Origin: Acidobacteriota bacterium
GTDB lineage: Bacteria; Acidobacteriota; UBA6911; RPQK01; JAJDTT01
Reading direction: 5' to 3'
Assembly (NCBI GenBank): GCA_965263035.1
Contig: OZ253580.1
Span: 384,001-448,000, forward strand
Length of the DNA stretch: 64,000 bases
Below are positions 10,444-20,284 of the stretch, one piece after another (the stretch's first letter is position 1; each line of letters opens with the position of its first letter). The position numbers and the translations under genes were made by a program. The notes below the pieces were generated by a model that ran no database searches, was not told where the DNA came from, and saw nothing but the letters and a program-made list of their open reading frames with translations.

Positions 10444-11196
10444 ATGAACAGGATCGATCTGACAGGAAAGAATGCGGTCGTCACCGGTGGAGCTCGGGGC
10501 ATCGGCTATGCCATTGCCCGTCGCATCTTGGAATCGGGAGCGGCCTGCTGTATTTGGGACGTCAATGAAGAGGGCGCGGCCGCGGCCGCGGACCGACTCG
10601 GGGAAAGGGGAGCATGCAGCTTCCGGGCGGTCGACCTGACCCGGGCGGATCAGGTCGATGCCGCTGCCGAAAGCACCCGCGGCGAGCTGGGGTCCATCGA
10701 CATCCTGGTGAACAACGCCGGCATCGCCGGCGCCGCCAAGCGCCTTTGGGAGTACGACCCGGGGGAATGGCACCGGGTCATCGAGGTCGACCTGTACGGC
10801 GTCTACCACTGCTGCCGCTCGGTGGTCCCCATAATGCTGGAGCAGGGCTGGGGCCGGATCGTGAGCATCGCCTCCATCGCGGGCAAGGAGGGCAATCCCA
10901 ACGCCTCGCACTACAGCGCGGCCAAGGCCGGCGTCATCGGTCTGACCAAGGCCCTGGGCAAGGAATTGGCCACCAGCGGGATTCTGGTCAATTGCGTCAC
11001 ACCGGCCGTGATCGAGACCGACATGCTGAAACAGCTGACCCAGCAGCACATCGACTACATGCGCTCGAAGATCCCCATGGACCGTTTCGGGAAGACCGAA
11101 GAAGTGGCGGCGCTGGTGACTTGGCTCGCGTCTGGAGACTGCTCCTTCAGCACCGGCGGCGTGTTCGATATCTCAGGCGGGCGAGCCACCTATTAG
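10444..11196 (+). CDS. short-chain dehydrogenase/reductase
   Basis: TGGARGIG, NNAG, YSAAK, SFSTGGVFDISGGRATY. Confidence 0.93.
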   Translation: MNRIDLTGKNAVVTGGARGIGYAIARRILESGAACCIWDVNEEGAAAAADRLGERGACSFRAVDLTRADQVDAAAESTRGELGSIDILVNNAGIAGAAKRLWEYDPGEWHRVIEVDLYGVYHCCRSVVPIMLEQGWGRIVSIASIAGKEGNPNASHYSAAKAGVIGLTKALGKELATSGILVNCVTPAVIETDMLKQLTQQHIDYMRSKIPMDRFGKTEEVAALVTWLASGDCSFSTGGVFDISGGRATY

Positions 11197-11291
11197 ATCA
11201 ATACAGACTTGTAGCGATGGCGCTTGCGGCCTTCCATTCCTGGCTCAGCCGTGGCGCGGCGCCGTTGGAATCAGGTGCCACAAAATGCGAA

Positions 11292-11322
11292 GGGCCCCGG
11301 CCTGGGGTCAGGCGCGGGGCCC
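11292..11322. terminator. GC-rich hairpin, possible terminator between convergent genes
   Basis: GGGCCCCG-GCCTG...CAGGC-GCGGGGCCC inverted repeat; U-tract is weak. Confidence 0.45.
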
Positions 11323-11564
11323 AGAAAGGATATGGTTTCGGTGGCGTTGGGTCTCCTTCCGTGGGGAAACCCTACTTGACACCACTGGACAAGAGTGACT
11401 TCCGTTAGGAGGACGCCACCTCCGCCATACCATGTTTATCTAATTCCACTGAGTCACCTCCTTTCCGGGCAATACCCTCAATCAGCAGGGCCCATCCTGC
11501 TCGGTCCCGTTGGCCGCCCAAGACCGTGGAACCGCCACCGCTTCAGCTTCGAAGCCTGTGGAAC

Positions 11565-12458
11565 TCAGTCATGTTCGACGATCGAACGTCCGCTTGTCAA
11601 ATAGCGGCCAGCAAACCCGTCGATGCTGACTCCGACCCGTCCCGGCAGGAACTTTTGGGCCACCTGAACCATTCGGTCCCTGTAGGCAAGACGGGTGGAT
11701 TGCTCGTCGATTTGCTTCATGGCCCTAGGCAACGCCGTCTTCAGAGTCCGGGACCCGTCCCGTGTGCCATCTCCCTCGATGAAATGGTCGATCACGACCC
11801 GATCCGCGGCTTCACCGATGCGCCGGAAAAAGCGTTCCGGGGCCCGGATCGGCAGCAGCGGAGAAACGGTGATCACGGTAAAGAGACCGAGCCGTCTGAG
11901 CCGGCGCGCGACTTCGAAACGGCGGTCGACGGAACTGGCGTGCGGGGGCAGGCCCGGGAGCGCGTCGAGATCGGTCTCGATGGAGATATGGACCCGCAGC
12001 CGGCAGCGCCGGGAGATTTCCAGACAGAGGTCTTCGTAGTCCATCACCCGGTGGGAGTGGGTCTGGAGCACCAGCAAGTCGGGTGGCTGCTCCAACATGG
12101 CCTCCAGGACGCTGCCGGTCACGCGATAGCGGAACTCCTGGGGCAGGAAAGGCTCGGTGGAACTGGACAGAAAGACCCCGAACCGCCCTCGGTGGCGCCG
12201 AGCCCAGTTCCTTTCCCGCCGCCAATGCCTCCGATATGAAGCGGCCGCGTTCTCCCGGACCTCCAGAAAACTCCCCCAGGCACGACCCCGGGTCACATAG
12301 GGATTGTGCCGGACGTAGCAACCGACGCCGCAGAGAGAGTTGCCGAAACTGCAGCCCCGATAGGGTTGGAGCGAATGGGAAGTGACGGTCTTGAGGAAAC
12401 CGGTGGTCCGGGTGAGGACGTTTCCCACTTCCCGCAGGGCGACTTCCATCTTTCCCAC
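11565..12458 (-). CDS. radical SAM protein, spore-photoproduct-lyase-like family
   Basis: SLQPYRGC...C...CY, LSSSTEPFLPQE, ISIETD, SPLLP; cysteine motif is Cx6Cx3C. Confidence 0.8.
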   Translation of the reverse strand: MGKMEVALREVGNVLTRTTGFLKTVTSHSLQPYRGCSFGNSLCGVGCYVRHNPYVTRGRAWGSFLEVRENAAASYRRHWRRERNWARRHRGRFGVFLSSSTEPFLPQEFRYRVTGSVLEAMLEQPPDLLVLQTHSHRVMDYEDLCLEISRRCRLRVHISIETDLDALPGLPPHASSVDRRFEVARRLRRLGLFTVITVSPLLPIRAPERFFRRIGEAADRVVIDHFIEGDGTRDGSRTLKTALPRAMKQIDEQSTRLAYRDRMVQVAQKFLPGRVGVSIDGFAGRYLTSGRSIVEHD

Positions 12459-12495
12459 TCCGGCCCGCCGTCTCCAGCGAGTTCGGGACGGATCT

Positions 12496-13095
12496 TCAGT
12501 TGATGGTGCTCTGACCCGGCGTCGGCAGATCGTTGGGGAGGACGTTTCGGTTCACCGCCTGGTCCAGATCGATGACGTAGGTGTGGCGAGACTCCAACAG
12601 AGCCGGCGAATGGGTGGCCGTGACGATGCGCATGTTCTTCTGATCCACCAACTCCATGAGCATCTTGAGCACCCGGCGCTGGTTCGACTGGGACAGGGCC
12701 ATCTCCGGCTCGTCCAACAGGAGCACCGTCCCGTCCGGCAGCTTGGGAAACGAATCCTTGAACAGCGACAGCATGACCTGACCATGACTGGCGGACCGCA
12801 GGAACTCCAACATTTGCGGCTCATCCTTGAAGAGGTGCAACTGGTTCCGGGGGTTGTGCTGCTCGGCGTCGAAGAGACGGACTTCCTTGACCTCCAGGTC
12901 CCGGGTTTCGAGACGGTACGAGAAGTTTTCCAACGTCTCACCCTTGAGGGCGTAGTAGATGGAATGAAGGAGCGTCGACTTGCCGGACCCGTTCTCGCCG
13001 CTCAGCATGATGAGAGGATGACGCAGGTCGATGATCATGGGCATGTGAAAGTTCAGGTTCATGAAGATGGGATGCGTGAGAATTTTCAGATACAT
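12496..13095 (-). CDS. ABC-type (AAA_21-like) ATPase
   Basis: Walker A GENGSGKST, SHGQ signature, LLLDEPE Walker B, ATHSP. Confidence 0.85.
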   Translation of the reverse strand: MYLKILTHPIFMNLNFHMPMIIDLRHPLIMLSGENGSGKSTLLHSIYYALKGETLENFSYRLETRDLEVKEVRLFDAEQHNPRNQLHLFKDEPQMLEFLRSASHGQVMLSLFKDSFPKLPDGTVLLLDEPEMALSQSNQRRVLKMLMELVDQKNMRIVTATHSPALLESRHTYVIDLDQAVNRNVLPNDLPTPGQSTIN

Positions 13096-13555
13096 GGTTC
13101 GCTCGTTTCGACGGGGATGATGCCAGCGGCGGAGTTCGCCGCCGGACGGGACCGGAGCCCCATGTTAGGGAGCGTGCCGGGACCCGTCAAGGACAGACCA
13201 GCAGCATGGGTCGTGAGCACGTGAAGTGTCCGGTCCGAGCCGGGCGAGGTCAGGATGAGCTCTTTTCGCCATAAGGAGAGGAGGAGAATGCTATCCCTTC
13301 ACCGACCGGACAGATCAGGTGTCAAAAAACCGGACTTGCAACTGTCTTGAAGTAACCCTTTCGGAGTCATCTCCTTCGATTGGACCACTGGTCTAAAGCC
13401 TGTTCCGGCGCGTTCCTTGCCACGAACCGTCGCAGAGGCGTATTTTGAAGCATTGATCGATAATGTCCAGCGAGCGCGCATCCGATCGCTGTGACTAGAC
13501 CGGTGCCACTGGCGAGCAGGCGTGACGGAAGCATTTTGAACCGCGAGAGCAGGAG

Positions 13556-14527
13556 TTGGCCATGACGGAAGCGCCGAATGGTTTCATGCGGCAATTCGAG
13601 GCAAAGGGCTACGTGGTGCTGAAGGGAATTTTGGACCCGGAGCAGGATCTCCAACCCATCCTGGACCATTACGGACGGCTTCTGGAAGATCTGAGCCGCC
13701 AGTTAGTGGACGAGGGGGGTCTCTCCAGAAGCTACGACGGCCTGCCTTTCGGGCCGCGTCTGGCGGCCGTCGTCAGCGAGACCGGAGGTGCCTTCTTCCA
13801 GCGGATGGAAATCTCGCTGCCTCAGAGCGGGGTCGACCGCGACACCCCGATTCATCATCCGCCCGAGGTGTTCCATCTTCTCAGACACCCGAGACTCCTG
13901 GATGCGGTCGAAGGTTTCATCGGTCCCGAAATCTACTCCAATCCGGTCCAACACATCCGCATCAAGCCGCCCCAGCGCCTGCTGTCCGAGGACGTGCAGT
14001 CGAATTCCCTGGTCTCGCGCACCTTCTGGCATCAGGACCAGGGCGTCGTGACGCCGGACGCCGACACCACCAAGATGCTGACGGTCTGGGTTCCGGTCAC
14101 TGATTCCACCAGAGAGAACGGTTGCCTGATGGTGGTGCCGGGCAGTCACAGACGGGGATTGGCCGTGCACTGCCTTTCTCCGGGAAAGTTCCAGATACCC
14201 GACCGGCTCATCGGCGCCGGGGCCATCCCGCTACCCATGAAGGCGGGCGACGTGCTCTTCATGCACAAGCTGACCATGCACAGCTCCCTTCCCAATCGGA
14301 GCGACCAGCTGCGATGGAGCTTCGATCTTCGTTACAATCCCACCGGGCAGGCCACCGGGCGCTCCTGGTTTCCGGGCTTCGTGGCGCGGAGCCGTTCCCA
14401 TCCCGAATCGGAACTCCGGGACCCGGCAGCCTGGGCCGAAAGCTGGCGCCAAGCCAGGGACTACCTGGCCGAAGTCGATAATCCCAAGTTTCAACGCTGG
14501 GTCGAAGGCGACCCCCGCTGCGCCTGA
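13556..14527 (+). CDS. phytanoyl-CoA dioxygenase (PhyH) family Fe(II)/2OG enzyme
   Basis: WHQD, ENGCLMVVPGSH, HSSLPN, RWSFDLRY. Confidence 0.92.
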   Translation: MAMTEAPNGFMRQFEAKGYVVLKGILDPEQDLQPILDHYGRLLEDLSRQLVDEGGLSRSYDGLPFGPRLAAVVSETGGAFFQRMEISLPQSGVDRDTPIHHPPEVFHLLRHPRLLDAVEGFIGPEIYSNPVQHIRIKPPQRLLSEDVQSNSLVSRTFWHQDQGVVTPDADTTKMLTVWVPVTDSTRENGCLMVVPGSHRRGLAVHCLSPGKFQIPDRLIGAGAIPLPMKAGDVLFMHKLTMHSSLPNRSDQLRWSFDLRYNPTGQATGRSWFPGFVARSRSHPESELRDPAAWAESWRQARDYLAEVDNPKFQRWVEGDPRCA

Positions 14528-14560
14528 AGTGTTTCTGACTCTCAAATTCCCGGGAGCAGA

Positions 14561-16338
14561 CTATCCGGCCGGATGAAAGCTCCACAAACGCGGGATGAAG
14601 ATCACGGAGAGGATCCAGAACAGGATGCTCAATGGCACCCCGGTGCGCAGGAAGTCGGTGTACTTGTAGCCGCCCGGGTTGTAGATCATGGTGTTCGTCT
14701 GGTAACCGACCGGTGTGGAAAACCCGGTCGAGGCGGCGAAGGTGATGGCCATCAGAAAGGGCCGCGGGTCGACTCCGATCTGTTCGGACGTCGAGATGGC
14801 GATGGGCGCCAACAGCACGGCCGCGGCATTGTTGCTCATGGTATCGGTCATCACCGAGGTCATCAGATAGACGACAGCCAGCACCGCGACCGGTCCCATC
14901 CCACCCACCATGCCCACCGCGCTCTCGGCGATGAAGCCGGCCGCGCCGCTCTTCTGCATGGCGATCCCCAGAGGAAGGATGCCGGCAAGGAGGACTATGA
15001 CCTGCCAGTTGACGGCGCTATAGAGTTCATCCAATCGCAGACAGCGCGTCAGCACCAGCGTCAGACAACCGAGTAGCGCCGTGACCAGGATGGGAAAGAC
15101 GTTGAAGGCGGCGAGTCCGACGACCGCGACCAGAATGCCCAGCACCAGGGGGGCCTTGTGCCGCAGGGGGGTCCCCGGCACCTCGTCGAGCACGATGAAG
15201 TTTTCGTTGCCCCGGAGTTCCGTGATCTGGGCCTCGTGGGCCTGAATCAACAGGGCGTCCCCAAGACCGAACCGGATGGAGTTGAGCTTGTCGAGAATCG
15301 TCTCTCCCCGCCGCTGGATCGCCAAAACCAGCGCCTTGTGCCGGTTGCGGAAATCCAACTCCTTGAGATTGTGGCCAATCAGCTCCGATCCCGGCGCCAC
15401 CAGAGCCTGGACGAGCCGCAGGTCCCCGGTCTGTAGCGTCTCGTCCCGCAGCTTGAAGTCGACGTTGAGCTCGAGCCGCATCGAGTCCCGGAGGCGCATC
15501 AGCTCGTCGATCCGGCCGCGGACGAGCAGCACGTGGTCGGCCTTGAGGACCTGGCGCAGGGGCGCCCAGACATCCTCGCCGACACGCAGGATTCGAAGGA
15601 CCGTGACGTCATGCTCCTCTCCCAGCCGGCTCTCCAGGACGGACTTGCCGATCAGCGGCGAGTCGTGGCGAATCCGCATCTCGGTGACGTACTCACCCAG
15701 CTGATAGCCGTGGCGAGTGCCGGCGCCTGGCGCTCGGGGAGCAACCAGCGTCCCAGAAGCAGGAAGAAGAGGGCCCCGGCCACGAACAGGATCAGTCCCA
15801 TACGGCTGAACTCGAACCTGCTGAACGCCCCGTACCCGGCCTGCTCGGAGATGGAGCTGACCAACAGATTGGTCGAGGTGCCGACCAGCGTGCAGACGCC
15901 GCCGAACTGGGAAGCGTAGGAGAGCGGGATGAGCAGTTTGGAGGCGGCAATCTGGCGTCGAGTGGCGACGATCATCACCAGCGGTATGAACACGGCGACG
16001 GCCGCCGTGTTGTTGACGAACGCCGACATGACGGTGATCGTCCCCATGATCACGACCAGCGCCGTGAAGTAGCTCCGGCTGAAGCGCAGCATCAGACGCC
16101 CCACTACGGCCGTGGCGCCCGTCTTTTGTAGTCCCGCGCTGAGGATGAACATTGCCGCGACGGTCACGGTCGCCGGATTGCTCAAGCCGGAGATGCCCTC
16201 TTGAGGCGTGACAAGACCCAGGGCGAGCAGGGTGCCGAGCACCAGCAACGCGACGAAATCGATGGAGTACTTCTCGGAGACGAAGAGGGCGACCGCTCAG
16301 ACCAGGATCGCCAGCACCAGGATTGCGTCGATGGACAT
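14561..16338 (-). pseudogene. SLC13/CitMHS permease with TrkA-C domains, disrupted
   Basis: Motifs SAFVNNTAAVA, GTSTNLLV, TPVGYQTN; in-frame TGA at 16297-16299 (codon 14) and a 1-nt frameshift near 15708. Confidence 0.88.
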
Positions 16339-16464
16339 CGCGGAGAATCTATCACGGCGTCCCGGGGGAAACTTCGCCGTCACCGGGACCACTGACGATC
16401 CGATCGCTGGGCGGGGTGCGATCATCGCGCCCTCCGGTGAGGACTGCAGGCTGCTGCGGGTTAA

Positions 16465-16624
16465 CAGTCCGTGGTGAAAGTCCCACGAGCACCGAAACCG
16501 TTCCTGCGCCCGCCGGACCAGGCGCAACGGAGGGAGCATACCGGGAGTACGTGAGCCGATAGCAACGCAGTCCGCGCACGATGCAGGGACGGTCGAATGC
16601 CGTGACGACTTTTGCCACGGGCTG
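16465..16624. mobile_element. MITE, 160 bp, flanked by TTAA
   Basis: Imperfect terminal inverted repeats CAGTCCGTGGTGAAAGTC / GACTTTTGCCACGGGCTG, TTAA on both sides; homologous to 59171-59328. Confidence 0.9.
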
Positions 16625-16698
16625 TTAAGGACGAGTGTCCTCAAGGGGCGACGACGAGCGCCGCCCCTTCGGAGTCGTCTCCAACGCCTTGACGACGC

Positions 16699-19600
16699 TT
16701 AGAAGATGTACTTCACGCCCAGCATGATCCGTCTGGGCCAGGTCACGTCCCTCTGAACCAACCCGAAGCTGCCGCTGGTGGGGTTGGTCACCACGGGGCC
16801 GAAGCTGGCGTGGTTGAAGGCATTCAGGAACTGGGCTTGAAAGCGAAGCCGGTGTCCCTCGGTGATGAACGTGTCCTTGATGACGCTGATGTCCCAGAAG
16901 TCGACGGGTGCGGAACGAAGATTGCTGAAGCGGAAGGGGAAGGTCCGCTTGTGGGTCCCCTCGGGCGCCCTGCTGGGATTCGTCTCGAACCCGGCGTTGG
17001 TGTTGAACCATTTCTCCACGGTCCCGCCGGACAAAGGCAGCTTCTTGGGGTCGAAGCCCGAAGTGGTGAAGACGTTTCCGAAATTCAGGGGAAATCCGCT
17101 CTGGAGCTGCCACACTCCGGAGACCTGCCAGCCGCCCAGCCAATGGCCGCGTCCGAAGGGCACCTTCCAGATTCCCGTGAGCTTGAAGTTGTGGGTCCGG
17201 TCCGCGGTCGCCACCACTTCGTAGGGGACCGGATCGCTGGCGTTGAGGAACTGTCGGGCCTCCATGAACTTGGACCAGCTGTAGCCCAGCATGTAGCTGA
17301 TGCCTCGGCTCAACCGCCGCTCCAGCCGGGTCTCCAGCGCGTGATACCAAGCGTAGTTCTGATTGGTCTGGCTCAGACTCACCCCCCGGAAGTGAGGATA
17401 CGGCTTGAGCAGATCGCTGCGGCTGATGTTGGCGGTGTTCAACCCCGTCCCCGGGAGCAGTCCGGCGAAGGGATTGGCAAAAGACGCGCCCAGGAACGCG
17501 ATGTTGGCTTCGTTGCGCTGGCTCGACGTGCTCAGGTACCGGCCCGGCAGTAGGTTCAGATTCCGTGAGCCGAAACCGCCCGTCGCCCGGGTTCCGACGT
17601 AACCCACCTCCAGCAGCGTGTCGGCCGGCAGCATACGCTGGATGGTCAGAGACCAGCGCTGGTTGTAGGGGATCTTGATCTGGTTCCGGTCGAAGAAGCT
17701 CACGCTCTGACCCAGGTTGGTGGCCAATCCCATGCTGTTACCGATGGGCTCCTTGATCCCGCTGGGAAATGGATCTTCGAAGCTGGCGACGTAAGTGACG
17801 CCGTTGTCGAAGCTGGGAACCAGGTCGGTCGATTGACTGAAGCCGGTCAGGATGGGACGGAACCGGTTTCCAAAGATACCCACCGGCTCATGAAACAGCC
17901 CGTAGCCGCCGCGCAGCACCGTGTCCTCGCCGAAGCGGTAGGCGAAGCCGAAGCGGGGAGCGAAGAGGTTCGAGGGAACGTCCCACAGCGCCCGTCCGAC
18001 TCCGCCGACCCCGGCATAGGTGATCCCTCCCTTGACCTGGAAGTCGCCAGGAGAGATCTCGGGGATGGGACTGGTGCCGTAGGCGGCTGCGGCTGCGGCT
18101 GCGATGGGGCTGTCGGCCCCGAAGTCGAAGCTGCTCACGCTCCGGTCGAAGCGCTCCGTCACCGGAGCGAAGTATTCCCAGCGAATCCCGATGTTGAAGG
18201 TCAATTCGGGAGTCGCCCGCCAATTGTCCTGGATGAAGATCCCGTAGTAGTTGGTGTGGGCGGCGAAGTTGGCGTTCCGGTTGATGAAACCGCTGGAGGG
18301 TTGCCCCAGCAGGAAAGCGGCGAAGCCCTGCCCCTGGGCACAGGGTGAGGTGTTCAGCGGCCCGTTGGTGAAATCGCAGCCGAAACGGAAGACCGGGTTG
18401 GCCCAGGTGAAGCTGGCCTGGTTGGTCAGGCTGCTTCGGAACTCCATACCCAACTTGACGTTGTGGTTGCCGCGGTTGAGATCGGTCGAGGTCTCGGCGG
18501 TATGGACCATGGTGCGGTAGAGGGCGTTTCGGGTCTCGTCGTGGATGCCGCTGAAGCCTTGGATCTGGATGTGGGGGAGCGCCGTCTCGGTCGGGTCCAC
18601 CTGACTCAGCATGTTCTCGGAGAAAGGAAGGGTGGCCAAGTCGAAGAAACCGGAGGGATGATTCGTCTTCTTCATGCTCTTGGCGTAGGCGGGATACCCT
18701 CCCCGGTTGAAGCTGTAGCGAAAATTGAGGATGGTCGTGGGACTCACGGTCCAGACGTCGTCCAGCCCGAAGTTCCACCGTTTGATGGCCTGCCAGAAAC
18801 CGGTGGCCAAGTTGCCGTAGTAGTCCCGCCATTCACCCGACCAGTTGCCCAGGAGGGCGTAGCTCCCGAAGAGCCGGTTGCTGGGACTGAAGGTGTGGTC
18901 CACCCGGGAAAAGTACTGGGTCCACCCGGTGGGAGACGGAGTCACGGGCTGGAAGTTCCGGGTTCCGTCGCCTCCTCCGGCCACGTTGGGCTCGGGCCAG
19001 AATTCCAGCAGCTTCTGGGAAATGGGGTGGATCTGGCTCGAGGGAATGATGTTGTTGGGAATGGGCATTCGCGAAAAGAACCCGTCCCCGGTCGCCTGGA
19101 TCGTATTGGGATCGTAGATCTGGTATTCGGGACCGGCGTCCAGCAATGCCGACAGGTCCCCCCGCAACATGGCGGGGGTGGGCACGGTCCGGGTCCCGTA
19201 GAACTCGGTGGTCTCCTGGAAAGTGCTCTCGAAGGTGAAGGCGAAGAAGGTCTTGTCCTTGAAGACGGGACCGTTGACTCCGCCGCCGTGCCGCCGATAG
19301 AAGGAGGGCACCTTGTCGGCACCGGCACGGTTGTCGAAGAAGCCGGCGGCATTCCAGTCGCTCTTGCGCCAGAATCCGTAGACCGATCCGTGCCATTTGT
19401 TGGTGCCCGTCTTCATGGTCACGTCCATGGTGGTCCCCGAGTGGTGTCCCTTGGTGGCGTCGTAGTCGTGGGAGATCTTCATCTCCTGGACGGCCTCGGT
19501 GGAGGGCTGCACCTGGGCCTGCTGGCTGCCGCCGACGGCGTTGCCCACGTTGTTGATGCCGTTGAGAGTGAAACCGATGGCGTTTCCCCGAGTCCCGTGG

Positions 19601-20154
19601 AAATAGAAGCCGGTGGCGATGGACCAACCCGGTTCGTCCCACTTCCAGCCGCCACCCGGCGGGCTGGAGGCTCCGGGCGCCAGGATCAGCAGGTGACTCG
19701 GATTCCCTTGAGCCAGCGGCAGCGTCTCGATCAGCTCGTTGTCGATGAGATTGCTCAGCGTAGCGTTGCTGCTCTGAAGCAGGGGCGCCCGGGCCTGGAC
19801 CGTCACCTCCTCGGTGACCTCGCCCACCTCCAGCGTGTAGTCCCGAATCAGACTCTCACCCGTCCGCAATTGGACCGGCTGCTTAATGGTCTTGAATCCG
19901 GGAAGTGATACGGTCAGCTCGTATTCTCCCGGGTCCATGTAGTTGATCCGGTACGAGCCGGTGTCGTTGCTGACGGTGGAAAGATCCACTCCGGTGGCGA
20001 CGTTGGCGGCGGTCACCGACACGCCGGGAATGACGCCGCCGGTGTCGTCCACCACGCGGCCGCCGATGGAGCCGCGGGTTCTCTGAGCCCAGACGGGACT
20101 CCACGCCAACACGGCGACCAGCAGAAAAAGGACCAAGCCCTTCCGCTCGCTCAT
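16699..20154 (-). CDS. TonB-dependent receptor, Oar-like, with carboxypeptidase-regulatory N-terminal domain
   Basis: Signal peptide, GRVVDDTGGVIPGV, TGTNKWHGS, QDNWRATPELTFNIGIRWE, C-terminal aromatic strand GVKYIF. Confidence 0.92.
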   Translation of the reverse strand: MSERKGLVLFLLVAVLAWSPVWAQRTRGSIGGRVVDDTGGVIPGVSVTAANVATGVDLSTVSNDTGSYRINYMDPGEYELTVSLPGFKTIKQPVQLRTGESLIRDYTLEVGEVTEEVTVQARAPLLQSSNATLSNLIDNELIETLPLAQGNPSHLLILAPGASSPPGGGWKWDEPGWSIATGFYFHGTRGNAIGFTLNGINNVGNAVGGSQQAQVQPSTEAVQEMKISHDYDATKGHHSGTTMDVTMKTGTNKWHGSVYGFWRKSDWNAAGFFDNRAGADKVPSFYRRHGGGVNGPVFKDKTFFAFTFESTFQETTEFYGTRTVPTPAMLRGDLSALLDAGPEYQIYDPNTIQATGDGFFSRMPIPNNIIPSSQIHPISQKLLEFWPEPNVAGGGDGTRNFQPVTPSPTGWTQYFSRVDHTFSPSNRLFGSYALLGNWSGEWRDYYGNLATGFWQAIKRWNFGLDDVWTVSPTTILNFRYSFNRGGYPAYAKSMKKTNHPSGFFDLATLPFSENMLSQVDPTETALPHIQIQGFSGIHDETRNALYRTMVHTAETSTDLNRGNHNVKLGMEFRSSLTNQASFTWANPVFRFGCDFTNGPLNTSPCAQGQGFAAFLLGQPSSGFINRNANFAAHTNYYGIFIQDNWRATPELTFNIGIRWEYFAPVTERFDRSVSSFDFGADSPIAAAAAAAYGTSPIPEISPGDFQVKGGITYAGVGGVGRALWDVPSNLFAPRFGFAYRFGEDTVLRGGYGLFHEPVGIFGNRFRPILTGFSQSTDLVPSFDNGVTYVASFEDPFPSGIKEPIGNSMGLATNLGQSVSFFDRNQIKIPYNQRWSLTIQRMLPADTLLEVGYVGTRATGGFGSRNLNLLPGRYLSTSSQRNEANIAFLGASFANPFAGLLPGTGLNTANISRSDLLKPYPHFRGVSLSQTNQNYAWYHALETRLERRLSRGISYMLGYSWSKFMEARQFLNASDPVPYEVVATADRTHNFKLTGIWKVPFGRGHWLGGWQVSGVWQLQSGFPLNFGNVFTTSGFDPKKLPLSGGTVEKWFNTNAGFETNPSRAPEGTHKRTFPFRFSNLRSAPVDFWDISVIKDTFITEGHRLRFQAQFLNAFNHASFGPVVTNPTSGSFGLVQRDVTWPRRIMLGVKYIF

Positions 20155-20284
20155 GATTTCCCCCTCTCTACAAGACCAATAGGAAAGAAGCCGGGATGCG
20201 ACTTGCCTCAAGCCTAATCACCATCAAGGTCCAGAGTCAAGAGATGGCACCGGACCGTATCCGATTCCAGGTCCGGACCGGCCA

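Noticed and set aside
11451-11465. TCACCTCCTTTC resembling the 16S rRNA 3' end
   Set aside because: No other 16S sequence upstream; better explained as a Shine-Dalgarno on the minus strand
13225-13555. Lower-GC intergenic stretch as an IS end or ncRNA
   Set aside because: No paired terminal repeats, transposase motif or recognisable RNA structure could be supported
16297-16299. In-frame TGA as selenocysteine or recoding in the SLC13 gene
   Set aside because: It lies in a hydrophobic TM helix, the gene also has a frameshift, and TGA is used as a normal stop throughout the window
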